From positions 2,838,504 to 2,902,503 of the forward strand of contig CAJFCJ010000003.1 of assembly GCA_904063045.1 (NCBI GenBank): DNA of 64,000 nucleotides, written 5' to 3'. The notes below the pieces were generated by a model, which had not been told where the DNA came from, did not search any database, and saw only the letters and a list, made by a program, of their open reading frames with translations. Numbering within the stretch: the first letter of the stretch is position 1; each line of letters opens with the position of its first letter. Shown piece by piece: positions 52,580 to 64,000 of the stretch. Position numbers and translations under genes: made by a program. This stretch comes from Dimorphilus gyrociliatus (taxonomy: Eukaryota > Animalia > Annelida).

Positions 52580-55500
52580 ATGATAAACTTTAAAAGTTTG
52601 TCAAATAATTTACTCACTTTAATACTACTCTGCTGTTTATTATTTAATAAAACAAAAACTGCCAATAGGCAAAATATAAGGCCGTGCTCTTCTATTGATA
52701 AAATAATTCAAGTAGGAGTCGACCCTATGGAATTTTTTCGTATTTATGAGAAAGATAGAGTAAGCGATTTTGGACCTATATCATTAAACATCAATAGTAA
52801 AGTCATATTCTTTGATTATCCAATGGAAGAAAAAGAGCATATTGGTTCAAATATACCATTGCTGATAAAAACTTTCTGTACAAGAAAAGGTTATGATAAT
52901 TTATATCAACAAATGATCTCTTGTCCATATTTTTCCTGTAAGAATTTCAATCAATAATTATAAATATTAGTTGAGTAATGTTAATTACATACTTTTTACA
53001 GTAACAATATCTTCAAAATTGTCATGTACAGGAGAAGGAAAGGATTTCAAATGTACCGTGTAGTTATTTTATTATTATCCTTATTGATTTAGTTACTTAA
53101 ATATCTTCTTAAATATTAATTAGGAGACCAAATATTTGCAGTAGAACTCGAGTTATGAGGAATATAATATGTGTAAGATGTCTTAAGAAATCCTCACCTA
53201 GTTTGTTTTTATAAAAAAGTATTTAATCGCAAGCTGTTAAAACTAATGTCTTATTTTATTTATAGCCTTTTTTAGATTTGATACGACAGAGGCAGTAGCA
53301 GTTCGTTATTTAAATGATTTTTACTGGTTATGTACTGAAAAGAGACAAAGCCAAGTATGTCCAAAAGTTTTAAAAACTCAACAAAACAGAAGCGTTTCCA
53401 TTAACAAATACATGGTATTTTCTGAAGGCAATGGAATATATATTACAACTAAAAGTTGCTCTATTTACCAATGCCATAGTTCAGCTTATGAAGGTATTTA
53501 TTTAATTAATAATTTTAGAGTAATTATTCATATTCGTTATTATGTAGATATATCTCTTGAAAACAACTTGAAAGATTTAATAGCAGATATGTATACAGTA
53601 ACAGATCGTAGAAGGATTTTTAGAGTTGTACCATATTTACAAACTTTTCAATATGGTCCAATACCAATCTATTTTTCATCCAAGTTGAAAAGGAAGAATG
53701 TAGCTAATTTTCTATGTGAACTTTTAAATGAATTTTCTCAAACTTATTATTTACTTACTTCAACATGCATTAAAGCTAAGCAACTAGTAAACAATCTCTA
53801 TGATCTAGAATCAAAACGAATGTATTTCGATTGTACTCAAACTGATACAAGTTTAAGAAATTGTAAACTAAAAGAACAATCAGCCAAACAACAATTTCTT
53901 ACTCTTTGTAGTATCCAATGTGAAACTTCTCCATTAGGTAAAAACTATAACTATACTATAAGGTTATAAACAATTAACTATTAGACAGTGCAAGTGGAAA
54001 TTTTCGGATTTTAGCTGATGGTGAAACAACTGCTAAGAGTAATACTATGAATGTGTCGAATTACATTAGAGGCCATTTACAATTTAAGATTAAATCTGTT
54101 TGGACGAACGTTCTAGCAGATTTATTGAATGAACGAACTGTTCTGGTAATATTATGATTGTTTTTAGAATATTACAAAACAAAGCATTTAACTACTTATT
54201 CAAATTTTATTTTTAAGTTAATTTGTAGTTATTTTGGATATTATAGCGGTATGTCAGTTTATGAGTCCTCTATGGTGACTAGGAAGTATTCCCTAAAAAT
54301 GAATTGTATGAACAATCCTCATACCATTGAACGTTGTATTTTTACACCATTTCATAAAGAATTCAAGTTGGAGGTTTTATTAGATGTGAGATGTTCAAAA
54401 TATAAAGATTATGGTTGTTTAGTTAGAGAAAATTAAAAAAAAAAAAACTCAAAATTCATTCAAAATTTTAAAGGTTTCCAATGTCCTGAAAAGAGTATTT
54501 ACTTTGAAGAGAGTTGTTACATCGTTAAGAATTTTAACTCACCTCAATCATATTATGATTTTAAGGCATATTGTGAATCCCAAAATATGTCAATTAGTAG
54601 TATAACTACATCTCATGAACAATTAATCTTGCATAATATATTCTTCCAAAGGCCGCTTCTTTGGAAAAGGTCGTCGCTTTCGGGTAGTATAAATATACTT
54701 TGTTAAACTGAAATACCTTGAATTCCTGTTAATCTTTTTTTTTCTAGTTCCTATCATGGCAGTAGGCTAGTCACTTATTTATCGTGAATTTATGAATATT
54801 ATATTTTTAAGAAATGTTTATTTAAAAAAAAATAGGCCATGATACAAGGATTGACTCTTCATTAAGAAAAGTTAAAGTTTCATCCGATGGCGTCCCACTC
54901 GAAATATTTGAATTTTATAATGCACCGCCACATAAAAAGTACCTATTTCCTCTTTAATAATATAAATAGTATAAAGACATATATAACGAAAATTATAAAT
55001 TTCTTGCAGAGACCGGAAATTAAATTCTTGTACTGATAGATTTAAAGAGAATATGCAAAATACCATTAAATGTCATCTTGATTCTGACTGTCTTGCTTGG
55101 TCAATTGGTTATTGTGAAAGTCATTCTTGTAAATTTAAATTTCTCTTTTCAGTTATCTGCGAAAAAAAAATAGGTAAGTCAATAGTTATTAACAACTTGG
55201 TCAAAATTATATACATATATAGAGAAAAAATGGATTGAAGAGAACTATCTGGGAAGAAGTCTTAGTTTACAGAATGTTACATCGTGTGGTGAGAATAATT
55301 TTCAATGTTCACCAGAAAGATTTTGTATAAGTGCATATTACGTTTGCGATGGAAATTTTGATTGTCCAAGTGGAAATGATGAACTAGAATGCAAATCAGA
55401 AGGAAGTTTTACTTGTGAAAATGGTGAGAAAATAGCATTAAGATTCGTTTGCAATGCAATTCAGGATTGTTCGGATAAAAGTGATGAAAAAAATTGCTGT

Positions 55501-58248
55501 AAGTTGAAAATATCTATCGAATAAGGAAAACAAAACATTATACACAAATATTTTCTATAAGATTTTAAATGTAACAACGAAGCAAGGTTCTATTTAATTT
55601 TTCTTCGAAAGTAAATTATATATATTCTGAATTCCTTATATAAGCAGTTTTCAATGTTCAAATGGACAATGCATAAACAAACAATATAGGTGTAATAATG
55701 AAAGAAATTGTTTCGACAGTAGTGATGAAAATTGCACTGAAGGTTTATTATTACTATAAATAATTAATATTTCAAATATATAAGATATATAAAAGCATCC
55801 TTTCTTTTTATTTCTCTCTCAGAATGTGGTATATATCAATTTAAATGTAAAAGAAAATGTATACATATATCAAAAACATGCGATGGAAATAATGATTGTT
55901 TGGAAGCAAATGATAATGAAGAATCCTTTGATTATTGTTCGAGAAATTTTCATGATATAATGGCTGAAAAGAAAATTTTTAAAGTTAATGTTACAAGAAA
56001 AGATTACAGATATAAAGGAAGAGGAGATTGCTTGGAGAAAACATATTTAAATAATAGAAATATAATGAGAGCTTATTTAAACCTTACGGAAACAACAAGG
56101 TGTAGACTTGTTTACGATTCTATGAGAAATTTAGTTTCTAAAACACAATTTCCATTCCATGATTCGGTGAGATGTAAAGACACAATTTGTGGTATTGGAG
56201 AATATAAATGCCAAGAATACGGCTATTGTATTACAGTAAACAATATCTGTGATAATATCAACCATTGTCCACTTGGTGATGATGAAATGAATTGTGGTAA
56301 AATCCAATTGATGGATGAATGAATAAATGAATAAACTAATAAATGAATATTGACAGATACATTTTCTCCAAGTGGTTATTTCAAATGTACAAGCCAAACC
56401 TTATTCCTATACTTAAAACAATTTTGTAATGGGATAGTTGATTGTTTATTTGGTGATGACGAAGTATTTTGTAACTATAGACACAAATGTAATACAGACT
56501 GCTTATGTTCATCGCCATATGAAATGAGTTGCAATTCTTTGAGTGTTGAACATTTGAAACTTAACAAATTCGTGAAAGTTTTAAGTATACAGAAAGGGAA
56601 AGCCTCTAACTATGATATATCCTATTCAGAAGATTTAGCATATTTGAATATTAGCGAAGGTTTATTAACCAATTTCCCCAGACTTAATTTTCCAAATATA
56701 TTATTAATTGATTTAAGATTTAATAAAATTACTAACCTAACTAACTCTTTTAGCTATCATTATGAGAAATTATCTCATATATATCTGCAGAATAATGGTT
56801 TAATTAATGTTGGAAAAGGATTTTTTGAAAAATTCAAAAATCTTCATGTTCTTGATATTTCTCATTGTAAATTAAAGTATATTGAAAAAGATGCATTCAT
56901 TGGATTAATAGAATTACGAGTATTAATAATAAGTAATAGTAAAATTAACAATTATCATATTAGTTCATTTAAGCCATTAAAGAAATTGAAATTTCTTTAT
57001 TTAAATCAAACTTTTATACATTTAAAATCTCAAATAAATTTTTTACGTAGTTTAAAAGAGTTGAAATTTTTGTATTCATCAAACTTTAGATTATGTTGTA
57101 ATGCTAGAAGTATTATAACTAGCCTTACTGAATGTACACCAAAAAAGGCATTATTTAAATCTTGTCTTGATCTAATTGGTTCAACTTTCTTAAAAAGACT
57201 AATATGGATAATGATTGTATTTTGTATTATTGGAAATTCTTTTACTTTTATATTACGTATAATAATGTATAAAAAGCCTATACATATGCTTCATGCTGGA
57301 TTAAATATAGCTGATATTTCAATTGGTGTATATTTATTAATAATTGCAGTTGTTGATCGGTACTATGATCAAAATTACATTGAGAATGATGAAAAGTGGA
57401 GAAATAGCATACTATGTAAATTCGCCGGTATTTTTGTTACAACAACAGTTCTTGGGTCTAATTTTCATCTTTTATTTATTGCTGTTGATAAATATATCAT
57501 TATCAGTTATCCATTTAAAAGTCAATATTTAACAAACTTCAAAGCTATTTCAATTTTATTGATTATATTAGTAATATCACTAACGTTGGCAATAATACCA
57601 TTTTCCTTGAACCAAGTGAATATTAATTAGTACTATAAACATAAACCAATTAAACAATATTTACAGAATTACTTTTCAAGATCTTCAGTTTGTTTCTCTC
57701 TTCATTTAACTAATGAAAAAAGTGAAGGATGGGAATATTCATTTGCCACTTTCAGCTTATTTACATTACTACTTTGCGGCTTGATAATTTTAATTTATAT
57801 GAATATTACTAAAAATATACTTAAATCCAAAACTATCATTAAAGAATCAGAATATAAGAAAAGACTTCAAAAAATCTTATCCCATAGTCTATTAATTGTT
57901 ATTACAAACGTTTTATGCTGGACTCCTATATCTATTCTAGGTAGACATTGACAAGAGCAAAGGATACATATACTAATATATTATATGTAGAGTGCACATA
58001 AAGTTTTTATGTATTCCAAAGGTATATTGGTTACTTTAGGAGTTTCAGTGGCTGATGATACTATATACGCTTGGATAATAATTGTTTTTGTTCCTATAAA
58101 TTCGTGTATAAATCCATTCATCTATTCTATTGGTGAAGTTAGAAGCATTTTTAAAAAGAAAAGGAAGAATAAAAAAGCTCAAAAGTATATAATTAAACAA
58201 TCGACAACTTATTATAATATACTTAATTATACATATATAAAATATTGA
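52580..58248 (+). CDS. GRL101-like LDLa-LRR rhodopsin GPCR 1 (SRCR-like repeats, CTL, 6 LDLa, LRRs, 7TM); in-frame TAA in predicted exon 3
   Basis: Signal peptide; SRCR-like (LICSYFGY..MNC..IERC..VRC); CTL (CPEKSIYFEESCY..VICEK); LDLa (VCDGNFDCPSGNDELEC etc.); LRR (LLIDLRFNKI, LHVLDISHCKL); LGR hinge FRLCC..CTP..SCLDLI; TM2 LNIAD, TM3 DKY, TM6 CWTP, TM7 NSCINPFIY. Confidence 0.85.
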
Positions 58249-58847
58249 TAGGGAGGGAGAGATTTTCAATTTTAGGATAAAAGATATGAAAGAATTATGT
58301 AATCAATAATTTTTAAATTAATTCTTAGCCTCAAAGCTTAAAGAATTTGCAATAGTTTCAGGATTTTTTAATTATAAAAGACAATTTTGTATATGCAAAG
58401 ATTGTAAACTACAAGAATATATTAAACAATTTAAACTGTTTAAGAACTATAAAAGACCCTATAAATTATTATTGCTATGTAAATTATTAAATAATATATT
58501 AATTTTCATGGAAAAATATAAATTATGTTTGGATGGAAACTTCAATGAAAATACAATGATTATTGACGTCTGTAAATATAACGTTTACTTTATTCTTTAT
58601 TCTGCTCTTTTTTGTACAGTTGAAAAGATCCAGAATATTAATTTTCCCCTATAATCTATGCCTTACAACGGATAATAAAGAAAAAAGAGATATATGTACA
58701 TTTGGATCTATCATGAAGAAATTTCTGTTAAGATACACTGTTTATTCAAATACTTTAATAAAATCTAATGAACATTAAAAATTGTCTCTAATATTTTCAT
58801 ATAATTAAAGTCATATAAGATTTCATGCATTACTTGATTGCGTATAA

Positions 58848-61800
58848 ATGAGATTCTTGTGTTGTTTATTATTATTTAACATAATGTTCTTAAATCTTGT
58901 TATTTTATTCAATATTTTCAAGTTAACTTGTTCAAGAGACAACTGCAAAAAATTGGATAATGTAACATTTACTAAAAATATGAAATTTTATTTTCAGCCT
59001 GTACTGGAAAAAAGGTTTTTAACCGGACCAATTACTTTATCTATTCAAAAGAAAGATTATTATATATCTGTAAATTATGATGATGAAATAAATACTGAAA
59101 TAAATTCTGGAATAATAAAAATCACTTGTTCGAGCTCTCTTTTTAATTCCGATTATTATTATAAAGTTTATCAAGTTTTAAAAGGTAATAAGATATCGCA
59201 TATAAATTTATACATATTATTTAATCTATATCTAAATTGACTTTCAGTTAAAAAGATAGTACGGTTTATATGTAAGGAAAAAAACAATATTGGAAGTTGT
59301 AATATGTAAATGAATTGTTATATTAATAAGTATAAGATAAAGGTTACTTTAATTCTATTTTATTTTAAGTGAAAGATATACGTGTACGAATAATATTGTG
59401 AGGACTATTCTTTCCGGTTCATGTCTGACGGGATATTCGCCAGGTAATATTAAAATTACCTCACTGTTTCTAATTTAGTAACATTTCTACTTTCATGAAC
59501 TTAGAATATTTCGTCTTTAAAGAAACTAATCCCCTCCAGTTGTATAGCTTTTCTAATGACAAGTGGTATCGCGTTTGCATTCGCCAAGGAGAAAGATCCC
59601 GCGCGTCTCAATGTGAAAAGAGTTTCTACCTTGACAGAGTATTCAATCGATCAGCTTCAAATTATGAAAAATCTACTTGTTTTAGTGTGAATAGTTATCT
59701 TGTGAAAGTAGATATTAAAACACTTTTCGTAAAATGCAAAAGAGAACATCTCCTGAGTATAAAAATAATAGGATCTGTTTTGACATCATAAACGTACATT
59801 TATTTTTCATAGACATGAGATATTTTACAACATTAGATGATTACACTCGTACACCAAAGAAGTTCATTGGAAAAGATAATAAACCACATTTTCCTGTTCC
59901 TGTATCTTACTTTAAGTATGGAATTCAATCCCTAATTCTGGAAGCTAATGGAAATGAGAAATCATTTTTTAATTTTATATGTAAAGTCTATGTATCACAT
60001 TATAGTTTTCTTTCCGGCGAACCTTGTAAATCAATACCTGTAACCAGCGAATGGAATGTAAAACATGGATATTTTGTATTGAAATGTCCTGAAAAAGTGT
60101 ATGAGGCTTCACAATGTACATTAAAAGTAGAACAGAATCTTAAAGCAAATCATGTAGCATATTGCAATATTAAATGTTCAGTTCAACCCCGTCTAAACTT
60201 TCCAAGTATACCCACTTACTACTAAAATTTGTGTATTGTCTAATTCGTATGATTTTTACTGAAGAGACTGCTAAAATATATATGCAAAGTTTCCTCGACA
60301 CCAACAAGAGCCAATCAAATATTTACAATCAACAAATCCCCAATACTCTTAGAGGATTATTATTTATGGATTATGAAAGAGAGAAAATTTTTGTCCAAAC
60401 TCCCCTTCTTGATAGTCACATAGCAAAAGTTGTAAACTAATTATTTTTTATTCAGAGGAATTTACTTTTATTAAAAATTTTACTACTTAGCTACTTTGCC
60501 AATACTTTAACTACAGCTTTGGTTCATATATGTTCTTGGATATATCAAAGACACAAGTCGTGACTAACTTTTATATACTTAATTGCCCGAAGAATCCAAC
60601 AAGTTTATACGATTGTACTATTCAAAGAAATTCCCAAGTTGCCTTCCAGGATATTAATTTAGAGATAATTTGTTTCAATGATCATCATACTGGTAAGAAG
60701 AGAAATTCATTTAAAAATAAAGTATATTCAAATTTAGAATGATTTAAAGATTGTCCAATGAAAAATTACTTTTCTTTGGAAAAGAGTTGTTATTACGGAA
60801 AACATTTTAAACAGAAATTAAGTTACAGAGAATCAGAGAAATTTTGCAAAAGTATAAATATGTCACTTGTTGGGATATCAACATTTCAGGAAAGAAACTT
60901 GTTTTTTGAATATAAACTGATAAAAAAATTTGGAAAGACTTTAGATGATAACAATCTATTTCCATCAGTAAGGAAATATTCAGGTTAATATCAGAATTTA
61001 ATATTGTTGTATACACTGTCATGTTAATATTTTTTTATGTTTTAGGCGATTTTTTTAAAAGTGAAAAGATTTTTCCTATTGGTATGAAAAAGACAGTGTA
61101 ATGCAATATATTAAATATTTCTACATTTTTAGGTATAAAAAGAATCCATTCCAAAAACTTTACAATACCTTCTACATCGGATAATCTTCCTCTTGATTTA
61201 ATTACAATATCAGATATTGAATTTATTAAGTTAATTAAAAATATATATACAATTATTTCTGTCTCTTAATCTATTAATAATAATTTAATCAGAAAAAAAA
61301 TTCAAAGACTATGCGAGATTAACTTCTTACTGATATATAGACGATCAGAATTTTGGAACCCTGTAACTAAGTGCGCTGCATTTGGTCCAATGGGTTATTC
61401 TTCGGCATCTTGCGATTTTAAAATGTTTTCCCAAGTCATTTGTGAATCCATATTAAGTTGATGTTATAAAATATATAAGCATATATAGTACATTATAGTA
61501 ATGGAATAATATTTCCCTACTAGAACCAATGTTTCCCCCAAAACGAAATTTAAGTAATTTAATATTATCTGCAACAGCTGCAAAATGTCCATTCAATACT
61601 TTTCTTTGCGAACCTGAAAAAGTTTGTATCACTTATTGGAGTGTTTGCGATGGAAACATTGACTGTTATTCTGGATATGATGAAGAGAATTGCGATGAAA
61701 TAAAAATCTTTCATTGCTCTCCAAATGAAACTATACCTTTACTTCAAGTTTGCGATTATAATTTTGATTGTTCAAATAAAATAGATGAAAGCAATTGCTG

Positions 61801-64000
61801 TAAATATAAAAAGAGACAATTAACAATTATACTGTATATATATATGTAATGCATTTATTTTAATGCTATTTTTCTCTATGTAGTTTCAGAGTGTGAATCT
61901 TCTGATAAGTGATTATAATTATTATTTAAAAAAGCTAATATTTTCAAGCTCTTCAATGTGATTTATTCAGTTTCCAATGTGACAATGGTCAATGCATAGA
62001 ATCAAACAATTTTTGTGATAATGAAAGACATTGCTTTGATTCAAGTGATGAAAACTGCTATACAGGTAAATAAAAGAATTTTTCAAAAATAAGTACCAGT
62101 TAGCCAAAAACTAATTTATTATTGAAATATATTAAGAATTAGATAGAACGTGCGGAATAAAGCAATATTCATGTTTCCAAAAGTGCATACGTGGAGAATA
62201 CAAATGTGATTTTGTAACGCAGTGCGAATCCCTCACTGACGAATTAATGTGCTTTGATAATTCGTTTAGTATCTTGTTTTCAATGCATGTTCAGATTTGA
62301 CTCTTTTATATTTAAGTGGAGATTTAGATCGTTGTGAAAATGATTTAAAAGATCACATCATAAGAAATTACTATGCGAGACATAAACATTTATCTAAAAA
62401 TACTACTCAGTGTAGAGTTGAATACGATTCACTCAATCAAGCGTTAACGAAAGCAAATTATCCATTTGAAGAGTTATTAAATTGTACTAATGCTAAATGC
62501 AAAATAGGTGATTATCAATGCAAAAATGTTAACTATTGCGTTCCTGTTCAATATGTTTGCGATAAAGTAGTTCATTGTTATTGGGGTGACGACGAAGAGG
62601 ATTGCGGTGAAATAAATGAAAATCTAATACATCTCTAAAATATCATATTGCATTTTTTATAGAATATTTTACTCCAAAATACTTTTATAAATGTAGGAAA
62701 AGCAATGTATTCTTAAATTTAAGCAAAATATGTGATAAGATAGTTAATTGCTTATTTGGTGACGATGAAATGATTTGTGATATAGAAGAAAATCACTTGT
62801 CCAACTGTAAAGAATATTGCGATTGTTCTAAAATTTATGAATTATCCTGTTCATTGCAATCAAGAACCAATGATATCTTAACCATATCACCGTCCTATAA
62901 ATTCGTTTCAATTATAGGAGTAAAAAAAGAAACAAATATTCAATTTGTAGATTCGAAATTACACACTTTCTTAAATATTTCGTATGGATTTCTTAAATCG
63001 ATAAGCTCTCTAGAATTTTCAAACTTGATTATAATGGATTTGCGATATAATGATATACAGTCATTAGATTATATACAACATTCACTATTCTTGAAGTTAC
63101 AATATTTGAATTTGAACGGTAATTTTAACTTGAAAATTTACAAAAAATCCTTATGGTTGCTACAAGAACTGCTATTTCTTGACATTTCGAATATAAAACA
63201 ACATTCTTTTACAAATTTAACATTTGCTAAATTAAAAAAGCTTAAAGAACTTAGAGTTATCAACTGTTCAATTAGAATAATTGGCAAAGAAATATTTCAT
63301 TCATTAACAAACATTGAAATTATTTATTTCAATAGATCTTTCTTTAATGTAAAATTAACAACGTCTCATTTAAAACGTTTAACAAATTTACAATTGATTT
63401 ATAGTGAATATAAGGATATTTGCTGTATTGTTGAAAATTATTTAGAATCAATAAAACACTGTTCTCCAAGTACTAATTCAAGAGAATGTCAATACTTTCT
63501 ACAAATCACTTCAACAAGAGTTATTTTATGGATAAATGGAATAGTGGGTCTAATTGGAAAATTTCTGTGGTTATACTTGGAAATTAAACTATGTTTTAAG
63601 AATAATATTGATGTTTTTTCATTTATATCAGTACTTTCTGATATGTTACTTAGTCTATATATAATATGTATTGTTTCTATTCATGAAATGTTTGGTTATA
63701 CATTTCATGAAAATAGAAAATATTGGATAAATACCTTTTATTTTATTGTTTTAAAAGTTATTTTTAGTTTTTATGTTTTAAATTCAAGTTTATTATTAGT
63801 ATTTACTGTTGGAAAAAGATATTACATCATTAGAACTAGAAAATTTTTCAGTAAAATCTCATTAAACATTTTCCATTGCGGTATTCTTATTATCAGTATT
63901 GTTTCCTCTTTAATACTCTGTTATTTTAAAGATGTACATAGTCTATTTCTTTTTGAAATAATATATTAATTAAAATATATTTTCTTTCAAAACCAGGAAA
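58848..64000 (+). CDS. GRL101-like LDLa-LRR GPCR 2, paralog of GPCR 1; partial, continues past the window end
   Basis: Same exon series and phases as GPCR 1, six LDLa repeats, LRRs (LIIMDLRYNDI, LQYLNLNGN), hinge YKDICC..CSP..EC, TM1-TM4, and an acceptor aaccAG at 63995-63996. Confidence 0.85.

Noticed and set aside
54748-54770. Apparent second stop (VPIMAVG*) in a possible mini-exon of GRL101-like 1
   Set aside because: The flanking exons are both phase 1, so the segment can be skipped or ended at a GC donor; not a demonstrable lesion.
62298-62300. Apparent in-frame TGA in GRL101-like 2
   Set aside because: It falls inside the 53-nt intron 62264-62316, which restores the frame.
1-64000. 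Prokaryotic features, CRISPR arrays, rRNA/tRNA, and the GTG/TTG starts in the ORF track
   Set aside because: The DNA is spliceosomal-intron eukaryotic. No repeat-spacer array or structural RNA signature was seen, and most ORF-track starts are internal exon positions.

Overview
AT-rich, compact animal genomic DNA with many GT-AG introns of about 50-70 nt. The intron sizes and gene families suggest a miniaturised lophotrochozoan such as the annelid Dimorphilus; this is inference and the taxon is not proven. Left part: the last exon of a two-domain small heat-shock protein (+), then a convergent, full-length but divergent IP3-receptor-like channel (-, 4448-13389) whose pore lacks the GGGV/IGD filter. 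Four identical CTCF-like TAGATGGCG cores lie in the surrounding non-coding DNA. Right part (16.6-64 kb): nine co-oriented genes on +. These are five paralogous adhesion GPCRs (signal peptide-EGF-C-type lectin-split C-type lectin-Ig-SEA-HormR-GAIN/GPS-7TM), an orphan ORF, an unannotated 102-aa secreted protein with three C-x8-C loops, and two GRL101-like SRCR/CTL/LDLa/LRR rhodopsin GPCRs (the second runs off the window). The most striking structure is that the second C-type lectin of every adhesion GPCR is split and hosts a variable cassette (about 66-350 aa) of EGF repeats, in three paralogs also a Ly6/uPAR-like domain, while the cytoplasmic tails range from tyrosine-motif-rich to absent. Exon structures were traced by hand from splice signals, reading phase and paralog alignment; no database searches were run. 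No rRNA, tRNA, CRISPR array or recognisable transposon was seen.
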